Position numbers and translations under genes: made by a program. DNA of 64,000 nt from the NCBI GenBank assembly GCA_000993685.1, contig LBWP01000004.1, positions 4,055 through 68,054 on the forward strand. The letters are read 5' to 3'. The notes beneath the pieces were generated by a model. The model saw only the letters and a list, made by a program, of their open reading frames with translations. It had not been told where the DNA came from and did no database searches. The DNA is from Candidatus Woesebacteria bacterium GW2011_GWA1_39_21 (GTDB lineage: Bacteria > Patescibacteriota > Microgenomatia > UBA8517). Below, piece by piece: positions 29,501 to 38,640 of this stretch (positions are counted from its first letter, which is position 1; each line of letters opens with the position of its first letter).

Positions 29501-30556
29501 TCACCTGGGCAAGTATTCTTTAATATTTTCGGGGCTTAGATCGAATTTCTGGTTTTTTCCCTCAACCATCAGTCTCGCAATCTTTCGTACAATACCTTTA
29601 ATCGTACGTTCCAAGGTTCTAGTACCAGCATCAAAACCCAATGGTCTGACGATTTGTGGCCAAACATCCTCGGAAATACTAATTCCACCTTCCGGTATTC
29701 CTGATTCATTCAAAATTTTAGGCAACATGTAATCTCGGCCAATTGTAATTTTCTCCCGGTCAGAATACGAAGGCATGGAAATTGGTTCCAACCTGTCAAG
29801 TACAGCAGTTGCAATATGATGGGTATTATTCGCTGTAGCTACAAATAAGACTTCAGAAAGGTCAAAAGGGAAATCAACGTAATGATCAGTGAACGCGTGG
29901 TTTTGCTCGGGATCCAGAAGCTCGACTAACACACCCATAATTGACGCTCTACCAGCTTCAGTGACCCTGTCGACTTCGTCTAGGAGTACGACCGGATTTT
30001 TAGCTTTCGCTGCTCTAAGAGCTTTTATGATTTTACCAGGTTCGGCTTCAGCTTGAACTCTCGACTGTCCTCTCAAATCAAAGGGGCTTTCCATACCACC
30101 AAACGGTATCCTGACAAATTTACGGTTCAGAGCTTCGGCAATTGAGATGGCGATCGTTGTTTTTCCAGTACCAACCAAACCAACAAAACAAAGGGCGGGT
30201 GCTCTCATCATTTCTTTTGCTTCGCCTTTTTCTTGCTTAAGTTTCATCACAGAAATGTATTCTAAAATCCGATCTTTAATTTCCCCAAGACCGAAATGAT
30301 TCTTGTCTAAGATACTCTTCGCATGCTCAAGATCAAGGTTATCTTGAGTCCTTTCATACCACGGCAGTGCAGTTATCCACTCTAGATACTTTGAAATACG
30401 GTCAAGTTCCGGCAAAAAAGACGACGAGGCTACAAGATTTTTCAACTGTTCCAGCCTTACAAGAATTCTCTCTTTGAGACCCTCTGGAATTTGAGCGTTT
30501 TCTAGTTTTTGCTTTAAGAGTTTCAGTTGTTCTTCAGAAGATTCATACTGAGCCAT
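29501..30556 (-). CDS. Lon-type AAA+ ATPase module without protease domain
   Basis: YLEWI..LPW, HFGL..IKDRILEY, GLVGTGKT, LLDEVD, LLDPEQN..F.DHY, ATAN. Ends at EYLPR, just before where the Lon protease domain would begin. Confidence 0.88.
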   Translation of the reverse strand: MAQYESSEEQLKLLKQKLENAQIPEGLKERILVRLEQLKNLVASSSFLPELDRISKYLEWITALPWYERTQDNLDLEHAKSILDKNHFGLGEIKDRILEYISVMKLKQEKGEAKEMMRAPALCFVGLVGTGKTTIAISIAEALNRKFVRIPFGGMESPFDLRGQSRVQAEAEPGKIIKALRAAKAKNPVVLLDEVDRVTEAGRASIMGVLVELLDPEQNHAFTDHYVDFPFDLSEVLFVATANNTHHIATAVLDRLEPISMPSYSDREKITIGRDYMLPKILNESGIPEGGISISEDVWPQIVRPLGFDAGTRTLERTIKGIVRKIARLMVEGKNQKFDLSPENIKEYLPR

Positions 30557-30622
30557 ACTGATTTATAATACACGAAATAGTCATATATTAAAACCTTGTT
30601 GGAGGCTAACCGGAAGAACAAA

Positions 30623-32893
30623 TTACCTTTCGTACTTGCCTTTAACTTGATCTAACAGTCTGCTAGTTGGGAAATGGGGCCCACCACCGCCTCCGGACGA
30701 TCTAGAAAATCTGTTTCCACCTCTTCTATCACCACGATCGAAAGGTTTTTTATATCCTCCAGAATAGTTTCCACCTCTTGACCCCCCCGTCCTTCCACCG
30801 CCAGTATTTTTAGGCTTGTCGTGATCAAGAAGCATTGATAGATTGATTCTTCCCAGTTCATCAACTTCTTTGACTCTGACTTTGACATCCTGTCCTATTT
30901 TTACAACATCCGAAGGGTTTCCAACAAAATCATCACTCATATCAGAAACGTGGACCATACCTTCTTTACCAGGTAGGATCTCAATAAAAGCACCAAACGG
31001 CTGGATTCGCCTTACGACTCCATCGTAAATTTCCCCAGCAACCAGCTCACGGAACATGCTTTCAATTTCGCTGACTGCCTTTTCGACATCCTCAGAATTT
31101 ATAGCCGATATGAAAATGTTACCGTCATCATCAACGTCGACTTGCGCTCCGGTTCGAGAAATAATTCCTTTAATTATCTTTCCTCCAGGACCAATAAGCT
31201 CTCCAATTTTTGATTGCTCAATCTTAATGATTTTGATCTTCGGGGCGTATTTCGAAACACTCGATCTCGGAGCCGAAATGGCTTTTTTCATAACCTCCAA
31301 AATTGTCATTCTCGCTTCGCGTGCTTGCTTAAAAGCAGTTTCTAAAATATTTACAGTCAAGCTTAAGGTTTTAACATCAAGTTGAAGGGCGGTAATGCCT
31401 TTTTCTGTTCCCGCAACTTTAAAGTCCATGTCGCCATTACCATCCTCAATACCGACAATGTCCGTCAAAATTGCAAATTCTTTCTCTGACTCGACAATAA
31501 CCCCCATTGCAATTCCTGCAACTGGAGCTTTAATTGGAACCCCCGCATCCATTAAAGAAAGGGTCGATCCGCAAGTTGATGCCATAGACGTTGATCCATT
31601 TGATGATAGAACTTCTGTTACAACTCTTATCGCATAAGGAAACTTATCCTCTGATGGAATAACTGGGAGAAGTGCGCGTTCCGCCAAAGCTCCGTGGCCA
31701 ATTTCTCTGCGTGAGGGGCTTCCAATTCTTCCCGTCTCCCCAGTAGAATATGGTGGCATGGAGTAATGGTGCATGTAACGTTTTGTTTCTTCACCTTCGG
31801 CAGTCTCAATTGTCTGCCCGAGTGAAGGTTCACCTAAAGTGGCAATTGAAAGAGCTTGCGTTTGTCCACGTTGAAAAATCGCGGAACCGTGCGTTCTAGG
31901 AAGAACCGATACTTCCGCTGAAAGAGCACGAAGTTCGTTATGTTTTCTACCATCTGCCCTTTTACCAGAAAGAATCAATTTTCTTACTTCTGCTTTAAAG
32001 AGATTTTCAAAAACAGCTGCTGCAGTTTCCTTTTCGGTAGCATCTTCAAAGTTGTCTACAATAGCGTTTTTAACTTCATTAAAAATTTCGTATCCCGCCT
32101 CTTTCGTAGCCATTTTTGATACCAGATCTTTAATCTGCCCCTCTGCAAGTTTTTTAACCTTCTTGACTAATCCTTCATCAATCTTTTCTTTTTCAAAAAC
32201 TTCCTTCTTGGTTCCTACCTTTCCAACAAATTTATTTATTTGCATGACAATTTGTTTACACTCACCGTGTGCTAGATTTAGTGCCTCTACCATCTCGCCT
32301 TCGGGAATTTCTTTACCACCGGCTTCAACCATAACAACTGCCTTTTCAGTCGCCGAGACAACTAAATCCAGATCTGATTTTTCCAAATCAGACATAATAG
32401 GGTCAACAACAAGCTTTCCGTCAACCCTTCCAATCTTCACCACTCCAACCGGACCCATCCACGGAATTGATGAAATTGCTAAAACAGATGATGCAGCAAT
32501 TGCTGCAGTGATATCAACAGAATTTTCTAAATCGACGGATAGTAACGTAATAACCAGCTGAACTTCGTGACCAGTATATTCCTTGGGAAAAAGAGGTCGA
32601 ATTGATCGGTCTATCAAACGACTTGTGAGAATCTCATCATCAGATGGTCTTCCCTCTCTTTTGACCCAACGGCTTCCCTTTATTCTTCCACCAGCATAGA
32701 GCCTTTCTTGATAGTCAACGAAGAGGGGAAAATAATCCAGATGTTGTTTCATTGGAGCGGAAACGACAGTTGCCAAAACAACCGTTTCACCGCAAGAAGC
32801 CATAACGGCTGCCGTTGCTTGCTCTGCAATGTTTCCTGTGGTCAGGGTGAACTTTCTCCCAGATACTTCAAAACTATGTTCAATTTTTTTCAT
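30623..32893 (-). CDS. pnp: Polyribonucleotide nucleotidyltransferase
   Basis: REGRPS, SRLIDRSIRPLF, RREIGHG, SNGSTSMAS, GDMDFKVAG, KH and S1 domains; G/R-rich tail. Confidence 0.98.
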   Translation of the reverse strand: MKKIEHSFEVSGRKFTLTTGNIAEQATAAVMASCGETVVLATVVSAPMKQHLDYFPLFVDYQERLYAGGRIKGSRWVKREGRPSDDEILTSRLIDRSIRPLFPKEYTGHEVQLVITLLSVDLENSVDITAAIAASSVLAISSIPWMGPVGVVKIGRVDGKLVVDPIMSDLEKSDLDLVVSATEKAVVMVEAGGKEIPEGEMVEALNLAHGECKQIVMQINKFVGKVGTKKEVFEKEKIDEGLVKKVKKLAEGQIKDLVSKMATKEAGYEIFNEVKNAIVDNFEDATEKETAAAVFENLFKAEVRKLILSGKRADGRKHNELRALSAEVSVLPRTHGSAIFQRGQTQALSIATLGEPSLGQTIETAEGEETKRYMHHYSMPPYSTGETGRIGSPSRREIGHGALAERALLPVIPSEDKFPYAIRVVTEVLSSNGSTSMASTCGSTLSLMDAGVPIKAPVAGIAMGVIVESEKEFAILTDIVGIEDGNGDMDFKVAGTEKGITALQLDVKTLSLTVNILETAFKQAREARMTILEVMKKAISAPRSSVSKYAPKIKIIKIEQSKIGELIGPGGKIIKGIISRTGAQVDVDDDGNIFISAINSEDVEKAVSEIESMFRELVAGEIYDGVVRRIQPFGAFIEILPGKEGMVHVSDMSDDFVGNPSDVVKIGQDVKVRVKEVDELGRINLSMLLDHDKPKNTGGGRTGGSRGGNYSGGYKKPFDRGDRRGGNRFSRSSGGGGGPHFPTSRLLDQVKGKYER

Positions 32894-32934
32894 TAATGAA
32901 GCTAAAAGCTTTTTGCCTAAAGCGTATTGTTTTT

Positions 32935-33204
32935 TTACTTTTCCAATTTCAGTTGACCAATGAGGTCTTTATACCTATCTTCACTGTGTTTCTTCAAATA
33001 ATTTAAAAGTCTTCTTCTTTTCGCAACCATCGACAAAAGCCCGCGCCGTGAATGATTGTCTTTCTTATGTTCCTTTAAATGATCTGCAAGTCGATTAATT
33101 TTGTTCGTTAGAAGTGCAATCTGTACTTCAGGAGAACCCGTATCACCTTTCTCTCTTGCAAACCTTTTGATAATACCCTGTTTTTCGTCGCTTGATAGTG
33201 CCAT
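32935..33204 (-). CDS. rpsO: 30S ribosomal protein S15
   Basis: [23 protein letters not shown]. Confidence 0.98.
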   Translation of the reverse strand: MALSSDEKQGIIKRFAREKGDTGSPEVQIALLTNKINRLADHLKEHKKDNHSRRGLLSMVAKRRRLLNYLKKHSEDRYKDLIGQLKLEK

Positions 33205-33270
33205 AACCGTATTAGCTTAAGTAAATCTGCAATTTCCAAAAACAGATAAACCTAGCTGTACTTGGAAGGT

Positions 33271-33299
33271 ATGATAACACATTAAAACATCTTTCACAA
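33271..33299 (-). promoter_or_regulatory. Promoter of rpsO
   Basis: TTGTGA-17 nt-TATCAT with TG extension. Confidence 0.55.
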
Positions 33300-33346
33300 C
33301 TAATATCCTAACTCAAATAAACTTACGTTCATTCTCCCAATTTCAA

Positions 33347-34327
33347 TCATCCCAAAGAAGTTCCTCTGTAGACTTTCGGTTGAAGCCATTCATCGGGAGG
33401 GTTTTCAACTACTTCTGCCTCATCTTCTTCTTTTTTTTCTTCCGGTTTTGGAACAGGAATTGATTCTTTTTTTACCACTTCAGAAGTTTGGGTAAAATCA
33501 GCAAAATCAGTCGCTTCAACCCGCTGCGGTTTGACTACAGATTCATCAAGATATTTATTAGGAGTATCTTGAGGAATCGCCCCTTGTGGAAACTTTGTTT
33601 TATCAACACCTTCTCCCGCCAGTCTTCTTCCACCCATTCTGATTAGTGACGCCGTTACCTCAAACGTATCAGCCGTAACCATTTCTGATCGATAATTTTT
33701 CGTTGCATGTTCAATACCCATCAAAAGATTCGTTGCTGTTTCGGAGTCGATGGGCAGTTGAGCTTCATTCATTAAAAAGAAGGTTAATTCAGAAGCGGAC
33801 GCCATCGGTTGTGCGAAAGTGAAAACGACACGTGACGGATCAATTACCAACGGTTGAGTTCCAATATGATACATTTTTGTTGGCTCAAGTCCTTTAGTCG
33901 ACAGCTGGGGAAAATCTGCATCAGTTGCTCCTCCAAAAAGTATTACTGTGTCAGCATTCACTCCCTCATAGCTGATTTTCACTTGACCTTCGTGGGGTGG
34001 ATTTACACCGGATTTAGGAATAACAGTCAATTTGAATTTATTTTCGACAATATCGTAACTAACCCTTTCTATTCCGTTGGCGTCATAATTATCAAACCCT
34101 ATCACCATATTCTTATTTCCCGCAGAGTTGGAAATTTTATCGACAGAAATCAGGCGATTAAAAGAAACTGTCATCGGAGAAACTGAAACGATCTGTGTTG
34201 GTTTTGAATCTCCAAGAGAAATGTAAAGAGCCAATGCAGATGCAACCTGATCCAAATTAGGATTGTTGGGAAGAAAAATAAGCACTGAACCTGCGTTTTC
34301 AATAACCGATTTAAAAGAATTTTCCAT
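33347..34327 (-). CDS. DHH/NrnA-like protein lacking the DHH motif
   Basis: SVLIFL...P.LD..ASALAL, ASASEL, ATNLLMGI..AT..Y fold motifs; located downstream of infB as nrnA often is; PPDEWLQPKVY tail. Confidence 0.75.
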   Translation of the reverse strand: MENSFKSVIENAGSVLIFLPNNPNLDQVASALALYISLGDSKPTQIVSVSPMTVSFNRLISVDKISNSAGNKNMVIGFDNYDANGIERVSYDIVENKFKLTVIPKSGVNPPHEGQVKISYEGVNADTVILFGGATDADFPQLSTKGLEPTKMYHIGTQPLVIDPSRVVFTFAQPMASASELTFFLMNEAQLPIDSETATNLLMGIEHATKNYRSEMVTADTFEVTASLIRMGGRRLAGEGVDKTKFPQGAIPQDTPNKYLDESVVKPQRVEATDFADFTQTSEVVKKESIPVPKPEEKKEEDEAEVVENPPDEWLQPKVYRGTSLG

Positions 34328-34421
34328 ATCTTATGTTAACTTATAATATTTTGATTGAGTGGAAACTTTGCGTACTATTGGGCAGAGGAAAACACGATAT
34401 TTTTTGTAAAGACTAATCTAG

Positions 34422-35828
34422 CTACAAACTTACCGATACTAACATATCTCCTATAGTGAAATCAAGTTGAGGCTTGAGTATTATACCGAATTCCTCACCT
34501 TGCTTAACCTCGGTAATATCTTTTTTTTCTTTGCGAAGCGAAGCAATTTTGGCACTTGCTAAAGTCTCGCCATTTCTTTCAAGTTTCAAATTATCCTCTT
34601 TTCCGATTCTTCCTTTTAACATTTTACAGCCCGCAACCTTGCGGTTCTCATAGGGGAATGATGCGATAATTTCCGCCCTGCCCATTTCCTTCTCGATTCC
34701 CTGCTTTAGGACTTCATCAATCCGCTCAAAAAACTTGTAAATAATATTAAATTCTTCTATTTCCACTCCTTCAGTTGCCGCAAGCCTGGCGATGTTCGTG
34801 GGTACTTTTACTTCAAACGCAAAAATTCGACAATCAGACGCTGATTTTGCAGCAAAAACGTCAGCTTCGATTACATCACCAACTCCCGAAGCTATTACAC
34901 CTACGGGTGACGGAAGATTTGATAAAAGTGCCTCAAGACTGCCGGAAGTTTGGGCCTTAACAACAATATTTAATTTGACAAGATTTGCATCTGTCGGTGT
35001 GGCTGTCTCTTTAGTGGAACTCGTTTTATGTTTATCCAACAATTCATCTTTTAAGCCAGTAATCTTGGCTCCTATAGGGGGCATTTTTTCAAATCCTAAA
35101 ACCAAAGCCGGCTCACCGGGAAGTACTTCTCTTATCGGTCTATTGAAAGAATTGAAAAGTCCCCTGACTTTACTGACTTCACCATCAATTAGTATTTTTT
35201 CTCCAACTTCTAATTTTCCATTTCTAACGATCACTGAGGCCATGCTTCCTCGTTTATCTCTTCGGGTTTCCACAACAAAAGCATCTAAATCTGCCTCAGA
35301 ATCCGCCTTTATTTCGCCCATGTCAGAAAGCAAAACTATCATCTCCATCAATGGTTCAAGGCCTTCGTTTTTCTTTGCGGAGACCTTGATAAGTGGCGTA
35401 TTTCCGCCACTGCCTTCAAATAAAATACCCTCCTTCTCCAGCTGGGTAATGACTGTGTCTGGGTCAGAACTAGGAAGATCTGTTTTTGTAACACATACCA
35501 ATAACGGCAGTTTTTCAGCAACAATAATTTCGAGAGCTTCTTTCGTTTGCGGTTTGACCCCGTCGTCTGCAGCCACGATTAATACAGCGATGTCACATAC
35601 CTGTGCACCGCGCGAGCGCATTTGTTTAAATGCAGCATGGCCCGGTGTGTCGATAAAAGTAATCCCTCTCCCCTCTTTGGTCGTTACCACTGAAGCGCCA
35701 ATACTTTGGGTAATTCCACCAGCTTCCCTTGTTGCAACATTAGTCTTTCGAAGAGCGTCTAAGAGAGTTGTCTTTCCATGGTCTACATGACCCAAAATAG
35801 TAACAATCGGAGATCTTGGTTCCAACAT
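34422..35828 (-). CDS. infB: Translation initiation factor IF-2 (lacks N-terminal domain)
   Basis: GHVDHGKTT, GGITQSIGA, DTPGHAAF, DDGVKPQT. Confidence 0.97.
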   Translation of the reverse strand: MLEPRSPIVTILGHVDHGKTTLLDALRKTNVATREAGGITQSIGASVVTTKEGRGITFIDTPGHAAFKQMRSRGAQVCDIAVLIVAADDGVKPQTKEALEIIVAEKLPLLVCVTKTDLPSSDPDTVITQLEKEGILFEGSGGNTPLIKVSAKKNEGLEPLMEMIVLLSDMGEIKADSEADLDAFVVETRRDKRGSMASVIVRNGKLEVGEKILIDGEVSKVRGLFNSFNRPIREVLPGEPALVLGFEKMPPIGAKITGLKDELLDKHKTSSTKETATPTDANLVKLNIVVKAQTSGSLEALLSNLPSPVGVIASGVGDVIEADVFAAKSASDCRIFAFEVKVPTNIARLAATEGVEIEEFNIIYKFFERIDEVLKQGIEKEMGRAEIIASFPYENRKVAGCKMLKGRIGKEDNLKLERNGETLASAKIASLRKEKKDITEVKQGEEFGIILKPQLDFTIGDMLVSVSL

Positions 35829-35864
35829 AATTTACGTCCTTTCTAAAAATTAACCTTCCCATGG

Positions 35865-37178
35865 TCAAGATTTGGCTGCTGTCGTATCTTCCACGGCACC
35901 TTGTTTATTTATTTCAATCTCGTCTTCGGATTCCTGATTTTCAGACGAAACGTCGTGTTTTAGCTCTTCCGCAACTACTGCCTTTTCTTCAATGGGCTGT
36001 AAATCCTCTAAATGAGCTACCTTCTCATTTTCAACGTCTGTTTTATCCGCCTGATCACTTATTTTTTCTTGAGCTTTATCACTTTCAGTTACTTCCAACT
36101 TTTTTTCTTCTTTTTCAGTCCCAGCTTCTTTGACTTCAGCTTCTTTTATGACAGCTTCTACTTTCTTACTCTCCTCTGATTGTTGAATGTCAATCTTCCA
36201 ATCAGTAAGTTTTGAGGCCAGTCTTGCGTTTTGACCATCCCGCCCGATTGCTAAAGAAAGCTGATCTGCCTTTGCTTCAACAACTGCTGCTTTTTCCTTT
36301 TTCTTCAGCTTGACCGTTAAACCTTCCGCTGGTGAAAGGGCGGCTTTGATATATTCAGCCGTATCATCGCTATACATTACAATATCAACTCTCTCCCCAC
36401 CAAGTTCGTTTGTAACCGACTGCACTCTTACTCCTCTGTGGCCAACACAGGAACCGACGGGGTCAACACCAGATTGACCCGAAGCAACGGCGATTTTAGT
36501 TCTTATCCCCGGCTCTCGTGCAACACCTTTGACAATGACGCTACCTGAAGGAATTTCTGGGACCTCCCTTTCAAATAACTTCTGGACAAAGGAAGGGTCC
36601 GCCCGAGACAAAATTATCTGTTTACCCCTTGGAGTTTCAACAATATCTTTCAGCAGAAAAGTCATCCTTTGGCTTAGGTCTAACCTTTCATTTGGAACAC
36701 GTTCAGATACCGGCATAATACCTTCCGTCTTTCCTAAATCAACTCTGACATCGGCGCCTTCAAAACGAAGTATCATTCCATTGACTATTGAACCAACTCT
36801 TTCCGTGTATTCGCCCATAATCGCTCCTTTTTCCGCCTCTCTTATCTTTTGGTGTATAACTTGTTTTGCAGTCTGTGCAGCAATTCTTCCAAAACCTGGA
36901 GGTGTAACATCTTTTTTCTCAACTCCACTCAAGTCAACATTCCCATCTTCATCAGGTTCAATGTGATCCCAGGAAAAGATTTTTGCCTCTCCGTTCACGG
37001 GATTTAGATTTACATCAAAGTCAAACATATCTGCATCCTCTCCACGATCTTTGGCATCCTTTTTATAAGCAGCAATAATTGCCTGCTTTATAGTATCCAA
37101 AATAACTTCGGGGTCTAAACCCCTCTCCATTGCAATCGCTTTAATCGCTTGCGCAAATTCTGTTCTTGGTGTCTGCAT
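35865..37178 (-). CDS. nusA: Transcription termination factor NusA
   Basis: FGRIAAQTAKQ, S1 and KH domains (DPVGSCVG.RG.R, AIGRDGQN), acidic tail. Confidence 0.97.
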   Translation of the reverse strand: MQTPRTEFAQAIKAIAMERGLDPEVILDTIKQAIIAAYKKDAKDRGEDADMFDFDVNLNPVNGEAKIFSWDHIEPDEDGNVDLSGVEKKDVTPPGFGRIAAQTAKQVIHQKIREAEKGAIMGEYTERVGSIVNGMILRFEGADVRVDLGKTEGIMPVSERVPNERLDLSQRMTFLLKDIVETPRGKQIILSRADPSFVQKLFEREVPEIPSGSVIVKGVAREPGIRTKIAVASGQSGVDPVGSCVGHRGVRVQSVTNELGGERVDIVMYSDDTAEYIKAALSPAEGLTVKLKKKEKAAVVEAKADQLSLAIGRDGQNARLASKLTDWKIDIQQSEESKKVEAVIKEAEVKEAGTEKEEKKLEVTESDKAQEKISDQADKTDVENEKVAHLEDLQPIEEKAVVAEELKHDVSSENQESEDEIEINKQGAVEDTTAAKS

Positions 37179-37182
37179 AATT

Positions 37183-37279
37183 AGAGTAAAAGAGTAAAAG
37201 GGTGAAAGAGTAAAAAAGAAGAAATTAAGTAGTTTAAAAAACTTACTTACACTCTTCTACTCTCCCGCTCTTATACTCT
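37183..37279. repeat. Inverted arrays of 8-bp tandem repeats
   Basis: 4 x AGAGTAAA-like (37183-37214) facing 4 x TNTACTCT-like (37248-37279). Confidence 0.85.
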
Positions 37280-37284
37280 GTATT

Positions 37285-37312
37285 AAAAAAAACGGTGGGT
37301 ATCGCTCCCACC
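37285..37312 (-). terminator. rimP-leader-like attenuator upstream of nusA
   Basis: Minus strand GGTGGG-AGCGATA-CCCACC-GTTTTTTTT just downstream of the promoter. Confidence 0.75.
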
Positions 37313-37336
37313 AAATCTAAACCTTTGACCACTCGT

Positions 37337-37365
37337 AGTTTACTAAAGAAGGGCAAATAAGTCAA
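37337..37365 (-). promoter_or_regulatory. Promoter of nusA-infB
   Basis: TTGACT-17 nt-TAAACT; the -35 overlaps the dnaJ stop codon. Confidence 0.65.
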
Positions 37366-38252
37366 AGGCCTTCACGCTTCAACCCGTTTACCAAATCTCT
37401 TTGTTCGCGTGTGAGGTGGTCTGGAGTTTGAATCAGAAGACGGACATATTCGTCACCCTTCGCACGTGATTGGATTGAGGCAATACCTTTGCCCCGCAGC
37501 CTGACAACCGTACCAGATTGTGTTCCTGGGCGGATCTTAATTTTGACGGACCCGTCGAGAGTTGGAACCTCAATTGTGCCCCCCAGAATGGCCGTTGAGA
37601 AGGAAATCTCCATTTTGATGTAAATATCGGAAGCTTCTCTTTCAAAAAGCTCATGCGGTCTTATGTTGATTGAGAGTATAAAATCATCAAACCTGATTCT
37701 TTGTCCTTCATCGACTCCTGCCGGAATCTTGATTTTCCGTCTTTTTCCTTCGACTGTCACTTCCTTTTCAACTCCGTTTACAGCTTCCATAAAATCAATC
37801 GCGATACTGTATCTTTGAATTTGTTTACGAGTTTGTCTAAAAGGGTTGCCACCACCAAAAAAGCTTTCAAAAATATCAAACGGGTCGCTAAAGTCGTAAC
37901 CGGCGAATGGCGATCCGTCCCCACCGGAGGTTGAATAGGTATATGTAAAAGGACCCCACTGACCACCCTGTCCAGCAAATGGACTCCCACCACCAGCTCT
38001 TCCAAAACCACCACCGGGTTCAAACGCCTGATGTCCGAAACGGTCATATGCCGACTTTTTTTGCGGATCAGAAAGAACTTGATAAGCTTCATTTATTTCC
38101 TTAAAACGTTTCTCGGCAGCTTCTTTATCGTCCTTGTGTCGATCAGGATGCCATTCAAGCGCTTGCTTACGATAAGCTCTTTTTAGCTCATCGGCCGAAG
38201 CGCTTTTAGTAACTCCCAAAATGTCGTAGTAGTCAGATTTTCCGTTTGCCAT
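37362..38252 (-). CDS. dnaJ: DnaJ-class chaperone without zinc finger (class B)
   Basis: DYYDILGV, WHPD, G/F-rich region, IPAGV and IRPGTQSG C-domains; no CxxCxGxG repeats. Confidence 0.92.
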   Translation of the reverse strand: MANGKSDYYDILGVTKSASADELKRAYRKQALEWHPDRHKDDKEAAEKRFKEINEAYQVLSDPQKKSAYDRFGHQAFEPGGGFGRAGGGSPFAGQGGQWGPFTYTYSTSGGDGSPFAGYDFSDPFDIFESFFGGGNPFRQTRKQIQRYSIAIDFMEAVNGVEKEVTVEGKRRKIKIPAGVDEGQRIRFDDFILSINIRPHELFEREASDIYIKMEISFSTAILGGTIEVPTLDGSVKIKIRPGTQSGTVVRLRGKGIASIQSRAKGDEYVRLLIQTPDHLTREQRDLVNGLKREGL

Positions 38253-38296
38253 AGGATAAATGATAATCGAATTATCTCTTTTCTTAAAGCACTATT

Positions 38297-38323
38297 TTAG
38301 CACTCATCGGTTAATAATGCTAA
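38297..38323. promoter_or_regulatory. CIRCE element upstream of dnaJ
   Basis: TTAGCACTC-N9-TAATGCTAA versus consensus TTAGCACTC-N9-GAGTGCTAA. Confidence 0.85.
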
Positions 38324-38398
38324 ACGTAAGTTATCCTTAAACACAGATACCACCCGCAGCGTATTAATATAAATCAGAATGTAATACCTGCAAACCAA

Positions 38399-38518
38399 CA
38401 TAAACCACCACGGCTTGAAAGCCGTGATATTTTGTCGCCTGCGTTTAACTGCTTTAATCGCAAAAATTTGCTACAACCACGGCATAAATGCCGTGGTTTT
38501 AAGCAAAGTGACAATAAA
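38399..38518 (+). mobile_element. Two-hairpin repeat element, divergent copy E
   Basis: CATAAACCAC-CACGGC-TTGAAA-GCCGTG-ATATTTTGTCGCC ... AACCACGGCA-TAAA-TGCCGTGGTT-TTAAGCAAAGTGACAATAAA. Confidence 0.7.
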
Positions 38519-38589
38519 AAAACGGGCAAAATGATGGATAAAACGTAACGAACGCCAGCACTGTGAGTAAAATCATTTCAAAAATCCTA

Positions 38590-38618
38590 TTGACAATTAT
38601 TAGTTAAATATTTATATT
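38590..38618 (+). promoter_or_regulatory. Near-consensus sigma70 promoter of the LexA-dehydrogenase gene
   Basis: TTGACA-17 nt-TATATT. Confidence 0.75.
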
Positions 38619-38640
38619 TTATTAATATTCCATTAGTATT

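Noticed and set aside
34792-35790. 332-aa ORF antisense to infB, and similar antisense ORFs over pnp, dnaK, rny, nusA and pilB
   Set aside because: Shadow frames of conserved genes; Ser/Ile/Phe-rich mirror composition and no motifs.
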